32,000 bases of DNA from contig CAYOTT010000004.1 in assembly GCA_964406965.1 (NCBI GenBank), positions 115,790 to 147,789 of the forward strand, written 5' to 3'. A program made the translations under genes and the position numbers. Below, piece by piece: positions 1-7,910 of the stretch (the first letter of the stretch is position 1; each line of letters starts with the position of its first letter). This stretch comes from an uncultured Desulfurococcales archaeon (GTDB lineage Archaea > Thermoproteota > Thermoprotei_A > EX4484-217-1). A model generated the notes under the pieces. The model was given only the letters and a program-made list of their open reading frames with translations, was not told where the DNA came from and searched no databases.

Positions 1-273
1 GATTACGCTTTAAAAATTAAGAAAGCTAGGGAAAGACTAGGATGGTCACTTAACATTTTAGCTCAGAAAGTTAGAGAAAAAGAATCTGTTCTAAGAAGAA
101 TAGAGCAGGGAAAACTCACTCCACCAATGGACTTAGCAAAAAAGTTAGAGAAAATCCTTGGAATAAAGCTACTTGAACCCACAATAGAAGAATATTCTCT
201 TAAACGCGTAGGCAATAAAGATTTAACTTTAGGAGACATCGTAGTTATAAGGAAAAAGAAGGGAGAGAAGTGA
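1..273 (+). CDS. mbf1: MBF1-type (Cro/C1 HTH) multiprotein bridging factor, C-terminal part; 5' end lies outside the window
   Basis: Frame 1 is open from base 1 to TGA at 271-273. Translation is DYALKIKKARERLGWSLNILAQKVREKESVLRRIEQGKLTPPMDLAKKLEKILGIKLLEP..., which looks like the archaeal MBF1 HTH domain. Not in the ORF track because it lacks a start inside the window. Confidence 0.65.
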   Translation, partial: DYALKIKKARERLGWSLNILAQKVREKESVLRRIEQGKLTPPMDLAKKLEKILGIKLLEPTIEEYSLKRVGNKDLTLGDIVVIRKKKGEK

Positions 274-1550
274 AGAAAGCAATAATAGTCACCGTTAATG
301 CTAAAGATAAGGGTAGATTAGAGGAGCTCATAGCTTTAGCAGAGACTCTAGGCTACACTATTGTTAAGGTTTTTTCTCAGCAAAGAAAAAGACCTGATCC
401 GAGATTTCTTCTTGGCAAAGGAAAATTTAAGGAGCTAATAAATTATGTTAAAGGCTTACAAAGTGAAAGTAAAAGAGACAATATAACCATAATATTTGAC
501 GGGAATTTAAAACCTATTCAGTTCTTCAACATATATAGAGAGCTTAAAAACGTAAACATACTGGATAGAGTGCAGTTAATTTTAGAAATATTTGATGAAC
601 ATGCTGGAACTCGTGAAGCAAAACTTCAAATAGAATTAGCTAGGCTTAAACATGTTAAACCCATCGTAAAAGAATGGATAAGACAAAGGAAAATAGGTGA
701 GTTACCAGGATTTTTAGGTTCAGGAAAATACGATGTCGACGCATACTACTTAATGATAAAGCGTAGGATAACTAGGATAACTCAAGAACTTGAGAAACTA
801 AGAAAACTTAGAGAAAAGTTAAGAAAAAGCCGCAGGAAAGCGGGCATAAACACTGTAGCAATAATAGGGTATACTTCAGCAGGTAAAACATCAATATTCA
901 ATGCATTAACAGGCGAGAGAAAGAAGGTAGGTGAAGAACCATTCACTACTCTTACAACAAAGCATAAAGCCGTAATACTGGAGGATAATTTGAAAGTTCT
1001 TTTAATGGATACTGTAGGTTTCATAGACTATATTCCGGTAGAAATAATTGAGGCCTTCTACTCGACTTTAGAAGAAATCGTAGAATCCTCCTTACTGCTA
1101 CTAATAATTGATGTATCTGAGGAAATAAACGAAGTTAAGAGAAAAATCCGCGGTGTTTTCGAAACCCTAAGAAGAATAGGTGTTTCAGGGAAACCCATGA
1201 TAGTTGTGTTTAATAAAATAGACTTAGTTGAAGAGGAGAAGAAAGTAGAGGAAAAAGTAAATTTACTTAAGAATGTTGTTTCTGAAAACTATGAAAACAT
1301 AGTGACCTATATTAATGCTTCAGCAAAGAAGGGTTTTGGAATAAGCGAGATAACTAAGGAAATAGTTAAAGTTCTTAAGAAGGATATGGTAAAGGTATTT
1401 GTTAGTGTTCCTGAGAGTAAGTTAGGCGAAATATATTTGCCATTAAGAATAATAAGTAGAAGTAATGGTTTTTACAAATGCGAAGTATATACTTACAAAG
1501 ACTACCTGCTAGCAACTCTTAAAACGTTAAAGAAAGTTAATGCACAATAA
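270..1550 (+). CDS. hflX: GTPase HflX
   Basis: 426-aa ORF with G1 GYTSAGKTS, G3 DTVGF and G4 NKID motifs following an HflX-type N-terminal and helical region. The GTG start overlaps the upstream stop (GTGA). Confidence 0.85.
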   Translation: MKKAIIVTVNAKDKGRLEELIALAETLGYTIVKVFSQQRKRPDPRFLLGKGKFKELINYVKGLQSESKRDNITIIFDGNLKPIQFFNIYRELKNVNILDRVQLILEIFDEHAGTREAKLQIELARLKHVKPIVKEWIRQRKIGELPGFLGSGKYDVDAYYLMIKRRITRITQELEKLRKLREKLRKSRRKAGINTVAIIGYTSAGKTSIFNALTGERKKVGEEPFTTLTTKHKAVILEDNLKVLLMDTVGFIDYIPVEIIEAFYSTLEEIVESSLLLLIIDVSEEINEVKRKIRGVFETLRRIGVSGKPMIVVFNKIDLVEEEKKVEEKVNLLKNVVSENYENIVTYINASAKKGFGISEITKEIVKVLKKDMVKVFVSVPESKLGEIYLPLRIISRSNGFYKCEVYTYKDYLLATLKTLKKVNAQ

Positions 1551-1573
1551 TTTCTCGAAATTAAAGGGAGAAA

Positions 1574-2119
1574 GTGTTGGAAATTTACGTTTTAAGATTA
1601 GGACATAGGCCTGAAAGAGACAAGAGAATAACGACTCATGTAGGCCTTGTTGCAAGAGCCTTCGGAGCTTCAGGTTTCATATTAGCCGACATATGTGATG
1701 AAAAAGTTATTGGAAGCCTTCAAAAGGTTGTTAATAGCTGGGGAGGAAAGTTCACACTAATTCACTGCATAAACTCTAAGAAGTTCATTATTGATTGGAA
1801 GAGAAGGGGCGGAGAAGTAATACATTTAACAATGTATGGTTTGCCAGTAGACTATGTGATTCCTAAAATAAGGAATTCAAATAAAGATAAATTAATAATA
1901 GTTGGAGCGGAAAAAGTACCAATAGAGTATTACGAACTAGCAGATTACAATGTAGCAATAGGTCATCAGCCGCATTCAGAGGTCGCGGCGTTATCAATAT
2001 TCCTTGACAGATTGTTTGAGGGAAAAGAGCTCTATAAAAGCTTCGTAAATGCGAAGATGAGAATTGAGCCTTGCGAAAAGGGCAAGAAGGTGGTTAGGAA
2101 AGTTGAGAAAGAGAAATGA
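1574..2119 (+). CDS. trm56: tRNA (cytidine56-2'-O)-methyltransferase aTrm56 (SPOUT family)
   Basis: 181 aa. The N-terminal [26 protein letters not shown] signature and the size match archaeal Trm56. Confidence 0.8.
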   Translation: MLEIYVLRLGHRPERDKRITTHVGLVARAFGASGFILADICDEKVIGSLQKVVNSWGGKFTLIHCINSKKFIIDWKRRGGEVIHLTMYGLPVDYVIPKIRNSNKDKLIIVGAEKVPIEYYELADYNVAIGHQPHSEVAALSIFLDRLFEGKELYKSFVNAKMRIEPCEKGKKVVRKVEKEK

Positions 2120-2123
2120 CATA

Positions 2124-2624
2124 GTGGAATTCGTTAAACTAATGCTTGGAGAGCAAGCAGCAAGAATATTTGAGGAACTTTATAAAATAGGTGACGAAGT
2201 TAATGATGAAGAAATAGCTAAAAGACTTGGCCTAAAACTTAACGAAGTCAGAAGGCAACTCTACCTTCTTTCAGAACAAGGACTAGTTTCATATAGGAGA
2301 ACTAAAGGTAGGAACGGTGAATGGTATACTTACTATTGGAAAATAGAAAGAGATAGATTATTGGGAATTATTAAGTCACGGAAACTCATAACATTAAGTA
2401 AGCTAAAAGAGCGGTTGAAATATGAAGAAACAAATACGTTTTACATATGTCCAAATTGCGGAATACGCTTCACATTTGACGAAGCACTTGAAAACGGCTT
2501 CAGATGCCCACGCTGCGGAACATCTCTAGAGTTTTTCGATAATACTGAAATTATAGGGTTTTTACGTAGAAAAATAAGGGAGCTTGAAAAGATAGTGAGC
2601 AATGAGGAAAGAAAGAGAAAATGA
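2124..2624 (+). CDS. tfe: Transcription factor E alpha (TFE; winged helix plus Zn ribbon)
   Basis: The winged-helix N-terminal half (EEIAKRLGLKLNEVRRQLYLLSEQGLVSYRR) is followed by a CPNCG...CPRCG zinc ribbon. The ORF-track start at 2064 would overlap trm56 by 56 nt. In-frame GTG 2124 or ATG 2142, both just after the trm56 stop at 2117-2119, are more plausible starts. Confidence 0.75.
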   Translation: MEFVKLMLGEQAARIFEELYKIGDEVNDEEIAKRLGLKLNEVRRQLYLLSEQGLVSYRRTKGRNGEWYTYYWKIERDRLLGIIKSRKLITLSKLKERLKYEETNTFYICPNCGIRFTFDEALENGFRCPRCGTSLEFFDNTEIIGFLRRKIRELEKIVSNEERKRK

Positions 2625-3586
2625 GCGAATTTAATGTAGTTGATCTCTTCTGCGGCGCTGGAGGCTTCGCTAAAGGCTTTTATGATAAAGGTTTTAACAT
2701 AGTTTTAGCCATAGATAATTTTAAACCTGCTTCAGAAACTTACAAAGCAAATTTCCCAGACACCATTGTTTTAACAGAGGATATAAGAGAGGTTTCATGC
2801 AAACTAATACGTAGGATTCTTGGGAAAATCCACATACACGTAATAATAGGGAGTCCGCCTTGTGAACCCTTTACTGCAGCAAATCCACGTAGAAAAGAAA
2901 AACCTTTAGATAGGCTATATGTAGACCCTGTAGGTAGGCTTACTCTTGAATTCATAAGGTTTATTAGATGTTTTAAACCCGAAGTTTTTGTTATGGAAAA
3001 TGTTCCCCAAATTCTCGATGATGGGCTTAAACAAACTCTTTATAGGGAATTTAAAGCTGCAGGGTATGATAGAATATTTTTTAACATTTTAAGAGCAGAG
3101 GATTATGGCACTCCATCTCATAGGATAAGGGTTTTCATTTCAAATATTCCTATAAGACCTAAGAAATTGAGAAGAAAAATCGTTGTTGAAGAAGCACTCA
3201 AGAACTTACCGGAACCTGGTTCTCAAAACGTACCGAATCATGATCCAGTGCCATTGAGTCATAGGAAACTTAGGCGAATATCTAAAGTAAGATGGGGTCA
3301 AGCACTAATAAGATATGAAGGGTTTAAAGGAAAACTCTTACCTAATCTTATAAGGCTGCATCCGAAAAAGCTTGCACCAACAGTTTTAGGTTCATCTCGT
3401 TTTATACATCCATATGAAGATAGGTTTTTAACTGTTAGAGAGCAAGCTCGTTTAATGGGTTATCCGGACAACTTCATTTTCTTAGGTGGAAGAGATTCCC
3501 AATTTAATCAAGTTGGAGAATCAGTTCCAGTACCTTTATCTAAAGCGATAGCCTCCACTGTAATGAAGTATTTAGTGGAAAGGTGA
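2621..3586 (+). CDS. DNA (cytosine-5)-methyltransferase, Dcm/M.HhaI-like
   Basis: C5-MTase motifs appear in canonical order: I DLFCGAGG, IV SPPCEPF, VI ENV, VIII PSHRIRVF, IX RFLTVREQARLMGYPDNF, X QVGESVPVPL. A target-recognition region of about 100 aa lies between VIII and IX. The ATG overlaps the tfe stop (ATGA). Confidence 0.85.
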   Translation: MSEFNVVDLFCGAGGFAKGFYDKGFNIVLAIDNFKPASETYKANFPDTIVLTEDIREVSCKLIRRILGKIHIHVIIGSPPCEPFTAANPRRKEKPLDRLYVDPVGRLTLEFIRFIRCFKPEVFVMENVPQILDDGLKQTLYREFKAAGYDRIFFNILRAEDYGTPSHRIRVFISNIPIRPKKLRRKIVVEEALKNLPEPGSQNVPNHDPVPLSHRKLRRISKVRWGQALIRYEGFKGKLLPNLIRLHPKKLAPTVLGSSRFIHPYEDRFLTVREQARLMGYPDNFIFLGGRDSQFNQVGESVPVPLSKAIASTVMKYLVER

Positions 3587-4068
3587 CGCATATGCTTTAC
3601 ATCATAATATATAATGTAAGTAGTGTTCAAAGAATAGTGGATATAGCACGCTTCATACTAACGTTTACTAAGAAAAATGAGGTACCAGTAGTTGTTTTTT
3701 CAAGAATTTCCGGAAGTGCAGCACAAACAGGTATAGCTGAAGTTAGTAAGTTAGCCTATAAGCTTGGCCGATCAATACTAATAACTGAAAACTTAGAAGA
3801 CACGTTAGAAATAATTAAGCCTTCAAAAGCCTATATTCTTTCAACAAACGGGATAACCGTAGAGGAGGTAATTAAAGAATCTTTAGAGAAGGATATAGCA
3901 GTTATCCTTCCAGGTTCAGAATCGGCTTTTTCAAAATATGACTTATCGCTTGCAACGGAATTTAAAGTAGAGAATTTAAGCGAAGAAAACGGGATAGTTC
4001 CTTTAGTAGCAATAGCGCTTTACAAAATTATAAGTGAAATCAGATGTAAACAGAAAAGTATAAGCTAG
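3583..4068 (+). CDS. Conserved hypothetical protein, probable SPOUT-like (alpha/beta-knot) fold
   Basis: 161 aa. The GTG start overlaps the methyltransferase stop (GTGA). The C-terminal pattern IAVILPGSESAFSKYDL...IVPLVAIALYKI resembles SpoU/TrmH knot motifs. This assignment is by eye only. Confidence 0.45.
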   Translation: MTHMLYIIIYNVSSVQRIVDIARFILTFTKKNEVPVVVFSRISGSAAQTGIAEVSKLAYKLGRSILITENLEDTLEIIKPSKAYILSTNGITVEEVIKESLEKDIAVILPGSESAFSKYDLSLATEFKVENLSEENGIVPLVAIALYKIISEIRCKQKSIS

Positions 4069-4075
4069 TGCCTCA

Positions 4076-4083
4076 TTTAAAAA
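4076..4083 (+). promoter_or_regulatory. Candidate archaeal TATA box for tRNA-Val(CAC)
   Basis: TTTAAAAA starts 30 nt upstream of the mature tRNA 5' end. Similar A/T boxes lie 34-36 nt upstream of the other three plus-strand tRNAs. Confidence 0.45.
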
Positions 4084-4105
4084 GAAAACGGCTAATATTA
4101 GCGAT

Positions 4106-4183
4106 GGGCCCGTCGTCTAGCCCGGTTAGGACGCCGCCCTCACGAGGCGGAGGTCGGGGGTTCAAATCCCCCCGGGCCCACCA
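4106..4183 (+). tRNA. tRNA-Val: tRNA-Val (anticodon CAC), no intron, CCA encoded
   Basis: Hand-folded cloverleaf: acceptor GGGCCCG/CGGGCCC, anticodon stem CCGCC/GGCGG with loop CTCACGA, T arm GGGGG-TTCAAAT-CCCCC, A73, CCA. It forms a GC-rich island in AT-rich surroundings. Confidence 0.9.
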
Positions 4184-4185
4184 AA

Positions 4186-5052
4186 CTAGGTTTTCAAAAT
4201 ACTCTTTGGTACGCATTTAAATGTTAATACTATTGTAGCTTCTTTTTGAGGAAACAGTTTACCTATTGGTTTAGCTAGCATTTCCTCATCTATTTCTAAT
4301 GTTTTACCATTTGCTGTTAAAAGAACACCATAGCAGCATTCTTCTAAGTCTAAAATCATTCTTATAGAGAAAACTTTTACTTTAGAATAAACGTAAATAA
4401 TGAAGTCCTTACTTACCTTATTAAATGTCTGTATGTGTAGTTCTTTAATTACTTTGTTGAATAATTCTCTAAAACTGTTCTTTCTTGAAACATTCACCCT
4501 TATTTTACCACTACATGTTTTGTTAACGTAAAGTATTATGCGTGAAAGAACTAAAACATCCTTTAGCACCTTAGATAATTCATTAGATAGCTTATATTCA
4601 AGAGCTAATTTCTCTTTTAACTTTTCCTCAGCTCTTATCCTACTTAGGAATTCTTCAACGTACTTTTTAGTTTCATCCGGTGTAAGAACGTCTATGTTAA
4701 AACTGCTAAGCTTCTGAGCAAAGTTTAGTGTTTCCATGTCTTTTAGTAAATTTTCATATGATAGAACATATACGTCAATTATTAGGGGAAGGTATTTCCC
4801 TATGTTTTCGTAATTAAGGATGTTTTTGAAACTTACACCATTAACGCTTGCAAGCACTATTTTATTGTCTTTACTAATCCAGAACATGACCTTCTTATCG
4901 TCCTTAAGCGTAAGTTCTAATCTTAAAGCATATGATTTCTCATTTTTAGCTAACTCATTCAAGATTTCTGTAAATACTTTACTATAGTTTAAAGCGTTTT
5001 CTATGAAAACTGTTTTAACATGAGTGCCCGTAATAAAGCTTATAACGGACAT
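4186..5052 (-). CDS. Hypothetical protein (288 aa) with a central coiled-coil-like segment
   Basis: Long ORF with no family I recognise. The central stretch RIRAEEKLKEKLALEYKLSNELSKVLKD looks coiled-coil. The stop lies 3 nt from the convergent tRNA-Val 3' end. Confidence 0.6.
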   Translation of the reverse strand: MSVISFITGTHVKTVFIENALNYSKVFTEILNELAKNEKSYALRLELTLKDDKKVMFWISKDNKIVLASVNGVSFKNILNYENIGKYLPLIIDVYVLSYENLLKDMETLNFAQKLSSFNIDVLTPDETKKYVEEFLSRIRAEEKLKEKLALEYKLSNELSKVLKDVLVLSRIILYVNKTCSGKIRVNVSRKNSFRELFNKVIKELHIQTFNKVSKDFIIYVYSKVKVFSIRMILDLEECCYGVLLTANGKTLEIDEEMLAKPIGKLFPQKEATIVLTFKCVPKSILKT

Positions 5053-5194
5053 TTCCCTTTTCCTAACGACCGAGACGTATTGCTATAATTTATATTGCTA
5101 ATCTGGGTAAAAAAGATGCACTTTAATGTGGCTCCTTTAAAATGATGAGAAATAATTATTTATTAACATACTGAGTTGTTAAGTAAGATATAAG

Positions 5195-6214
5195 GTGTAT
5201 CCAATGTATCCTTTGCCTGTTGAAAAAGCTGTGGGTAAAAAACTTGCTTACGACGTCTCCCTAATTACCGAGAATTTTAAAGAAGCTATTTTTAGGAGAG
5301 GCCACATTATAAAGCCAGAGGATGTCGACTTATTTAAGAAATCAGGTCACTACGTAGTTTTTGTTGAAGAAGAAGAAGCCAGTGGTAATGTTGTTCATGA
5401 GGAAGAAGCAGTTTACTTATTAGCTAAAGAACTTTCAGGACCAGGAACATATGTTATGAGGGTTGCTGAAGGTAAAGCCTTCATTAAAGCACAGTATAGT
5501 GGATTGTTTAAGGTAGTACCTGAAGCAATTTACGAAATAAACTATGAGGGAGTATTTGCAGTAATTTCCAAGAAAAATAATGCAGCAGCATTCAGAAACG
5601 ACGTTTTAGCTGTTGTCGACTTAATACCGCTAACAATAGATGCAAGTATTTTAAAGAAACATTTAGAAATTGCAGCAAAAAATAAGCCTGTGTTTCAAGT
5701 TAAAAGATTTCTAAGGAAAAGTGTAGGCGTCATAGTTACTGGAACAGAAATTTATGAAGGACTCGTTGAAGATAAAGCTTCGGATAAGGTTGAAGAGAAA
5801 GTTAAAAAATGTGGAGGATATGTTGCGGAAAAAACCATTGTACCCGATGACGAAATAAAAATTAGAGACTCCATACGTGCTTTTGCTAAGAAATACGACA
5901 TAGTTATTGTAACAGGAGGTATGAGTGTAGATCCCACAGATAAAACTCCAAAAGCAATAGCCTTAACTGGAGCAAAAATAGTTGCTTATGGTATTCCCGT
6001 AAAACCTACAACCATGAGCTTAATAGCGTATCTAAACGGAAAACCCATTATTGGTGTTTCATCAGGAATCATATTTTTCCATGAAGAAAACATATTGGAC
6101 ATCTTACTACCCAAAATAATGGTAGATGAAAAATGGACACGTGAAGAAATAGCTGCTCTAGGCCATGGAGGAATTATGAGATCCTTTCTGAAAAAGAAAA
6201 ATAGGCCCCATTAA
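5195..6214 (+). CDS. Molybdopterin-binding (MoCF biosynthesis / MoeA-like) domain protein
   Basis: 339 aa. The C-terminal half VTGTEIYEG...DIVIVTGGMSVDPTDKTPKAI is typical of the MoaB/MogA/MoeA domain III fold. AAGGTG precedes the GTG start; an alternative ATG is at 5204. Confidence 0.65.
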   Translation: MYPMYPLPVEKAVGKKLAYDVSLITENFKEAIFRRGHIIKPEDVDLFKKSGHYVVFVEEEEASGNVVHEEEAVYLLAKELSGPGTYVMRVAEGKAFIKAQYSGLFKVVPEAIYEINYEGVFAVISKKNNAAAFRNDVLAVVDLIPLTIDASILKKHLEIAAKNKPVFQVKRFLRKSVGVIVTGTEIYEGLVEDKASDKVEEKVKKCGGYVAEKTIVPDDEIKIRDSIRAFAKKYDIVIVTGGMSVDPTDKTPKAIALTGAKIVAYGIPVKPTTMSLIAYLNGKPIIGVSSGIIFFHEENILDILLPKIMVDEKWTREEIAALGHGGIMRSFLKKKNRPH

Positions 6215-6233
6215 AAACTTATGTATAGAGAAA

Positions 6234-6283
6234 ATGATGAACCAACACCTACCTGAATAAATGATGAATTCCCTGCTGACTGA
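6234..6283 (+). ncRNA. Box C/D sRNA (2'-O-methylation guide)
   Basis: Box C ATGATGA 6234-6240; 12-nt guide ACCAACACCTAC; box D' CTGA 6253-6256; 4-nt spacer ATAA; box C' ATGATGA 6261-6267; 12-nt guide ATTCCCTGCTGA; box D CTGA 6280-6283. This is the canonical archaeal architecture and spacing. It starts 20 nt after the upstream stop codon. Confidence 0.85.
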
Positions 6284-6735
6284 AAAACAATATTCATGAA
6301 CTACAAAAGCAGCATCACTTAGCAATGTAACACTTATTCTTCAAAATAATAAATAATTACCTTCGATGCTAGGAAAAATGGATAATTAAGGGAAACGAAA
6401 AAGCTATTCAATATAAATACAAGGTTATTTGAAAAGTTGTTTTAAATCGTTAAATGCTAGCATCGATACCGAAGAGCCTTTAAGCCGGTTTAAAAGCAAG
6501 TACCTACATTAGTAAAGAGAATAGAGAAAAGCGGTTTCCTTCAATGTTTAAATCAAGAAGAAAAGCCATAGAGTTACCTACAGCACTTATGTTAAGTCAG
6601 ATATTTGTTGTAGGAAATGCAATTATCTCCGCATTTATACCTTTCATGAACTCTGAGATAGATAATGCCAAATCCTGCTTATTATTTAAATTATTTATTT
6701 AGAATATTTTCTTCGTAGAATTAGGTAGGGCGAGG

Positions 6736-7581
6736 ATGTTATCTGAGAGCATTGGGGAATTTATTAGGCTGTTGCGAGAATATTTCTTAGTTTTCTTTGG
6801 TTCCAAATTAGTGTATGCTTCAATAGTTCTAATGATAATATCAGCTATTGTTTCAGCAGCTATTCTTCTTTCAGGTAATGAAAACTTAAAGAATGCTTTA
6901 GCTCTATCTAAAGATAATCCCTGGGGCATTGTTACGGCAAATTTTGTTCATGGAAGTTTTCAGCATTTACTTGAGAACATTTTTAGCTTTACCTCTTTAA
7001 CATTCGCTATATTCTTGTTTTCATTAGTTCTTTATTCATCTAAAAAGCACATTGCGAGATCAACTAGCAATAATGTTAGAAAGCTATTTAAGATTTCTTA
7101 TTACGTCTCATTAAAAACAAGTTTCTTCTATGGTTTAGCTTTTTTCCTAGGACTTTTTATTCCTGGAATTACGTCTTATGTGTATTGTTTACTTTATAAT
7201 CCATTAATGCAAGCATTGGGCATATCTAGTGCTGATTACTCATTACTTGGCTTACTTGTCACCTACTCATTTTGCCTGGGAGCTAGGATAATAGCTGAAG
7301 ATATGGTGAAGAAAAAATATTACCCTACGATTATGTACTTTACTTTTTTAGGAACATTCCTCTTTTATCAATTCTTTATCGAACCAGAAACATTAATAGG
7401 TTCTTGGAAAGAGAAAATCAACGTTGTTGGTCACATAGCAGGGTTAATCATAGGGTTTATTGTTGGCTTATTTAACATGTTCTACGCGTATGTTAAGCTC
7501 AAGAAGAATAGAAGTCTTAGCCATATTAATTCGATGCGAGGTGAAAACCATGGCTGTGGCTTATGTTACCACAGAACATAA
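6736..7581 (+). CDS. Rhomboid-family intramembrane serine protease-like membrane protein
   Basis: 281 aa and polytopic. It has a TM2-like FVHGSFQHLLEN motif, the candidate catalytic-Ser segment GISSADYSLLG, and the His segment VVGHIAGLIIGFIVG, in the rhomboid order. Confidence 0.6.
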   Translation: MLSESIGEFIRLLREYFLVFFGSKLVYASIVLMIISAIVSAAILLSGNENLKNALALSKDNPWGIVTANFVHGSFQHLLENIFSFTSLTFAIFLFSLVLYSSKKHIARSTSNNVRKLFKISYYVSLKTSFFYGLAFFLGLFIPGITSYVYCLLYNPLMQALGISSADYSLLGLLVTYSFCLGARIIAEDMVKKKYYPTIMYFTFLGTFLFYQFFIEPETLIGSWKEKINVVGHIAGLIIGFIVGLFNMFYAYVKLKKNRSLSHINSMRGENHGCGLCYHRT

Positions 7582-7773
7582 AATAGCATGTGTTTCAAAT
7601 GAAACCCCTAAATAGTTTGAAGGTGAAACACAACATGGTGTCAGAAACGGTCTTCTACAGGATAAGGAAAATTAACGGAAAATACTACCTTTACAAAGAA
7701 TGGTACGATCCATCATCTGGTAAAAGAAGGTCAAAATCGTTAGGAAACTGCGAGGAATTAGAGAAGTTAGTTG

Positions 7774-7851
7774 TGGGACCGCCGCCGGGATTTGAACCCG
7801 GGACCTCCGGATCCACAGTCCGGCGCTCTCCCAGACTGAGCTACGGCGGCC
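7774..7851 (-). tRNA. tRNA-His: tRNA-His (anticodon GUG) with genome-encoded G-1 and CCA
   Basis: The reverse complement folds as G-1 + GCCGCCG acceptor, D arm GCTC/GAGC, anticodon stem CCGGA/TCCGG with loop CTGTGGA, T arm CCGGG-TTCAAAT-CCCGG, 3' acceptor CGGCGGT (G1-U72 wobble), C73 opposite G-1, then CCA. Confidence 0.88.
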
Positions 7852-7910
7852 GCTTCTGTTGGGTTCGTAGAAAATCTATTAAGTATGTGTTTTTAAAGTT
7901 TAGTATTTGA

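Noticed and set aside
2064-2123. Long N-terminal extensions given by the ORF track for TFE (from 2064), the ABC ATPase (from 14081), aEF-1beta (from 21987), Trm5 (from 28414) and NSun6-like (from 31033)
   Set aside because: The extensions overlap the preceding gene or add non-conserved, odd-composition residues. Internal starts that coincide with the family-typical N-termini, several of them also with stop/start overlaps or GGTG-type ribosome-binding sites, are preferred.
3583-4068. The ORF downstream of the C5-methyltransferase as its cognate restriction endonuclease, which would make a type II R-M pair
   Set aside because: I could find no PD-(D/E)xK, HNH or GIY-YIG pattern. The C-terminal motifs look like an alpha/beta-knot (SPOUT) fold instead. 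The functional link is kept as a finding but not called R-M.
5142-5174. A box C-like ATGATGA followed 22 nt later by CTGA, upstream of the molybdopterin-binding gene
   Set aside because: There are no D'/C' boxes and the spacing is too short for two guides. The would-be guide (GAAATAATTATT) is almost pure A/T. It sits in the promoter/RBS region of the gene starting at 5195, so it is most likely chance.
7590-7910. A 106-aa plus-strand ORF
   Set aside because: Its GC-rich middle (PPGFEPGTSGSTVRRSPRLSYGG) is simply the antisense of the tRNA-His gene at 7774-7851. It has no protein-like features of its own.
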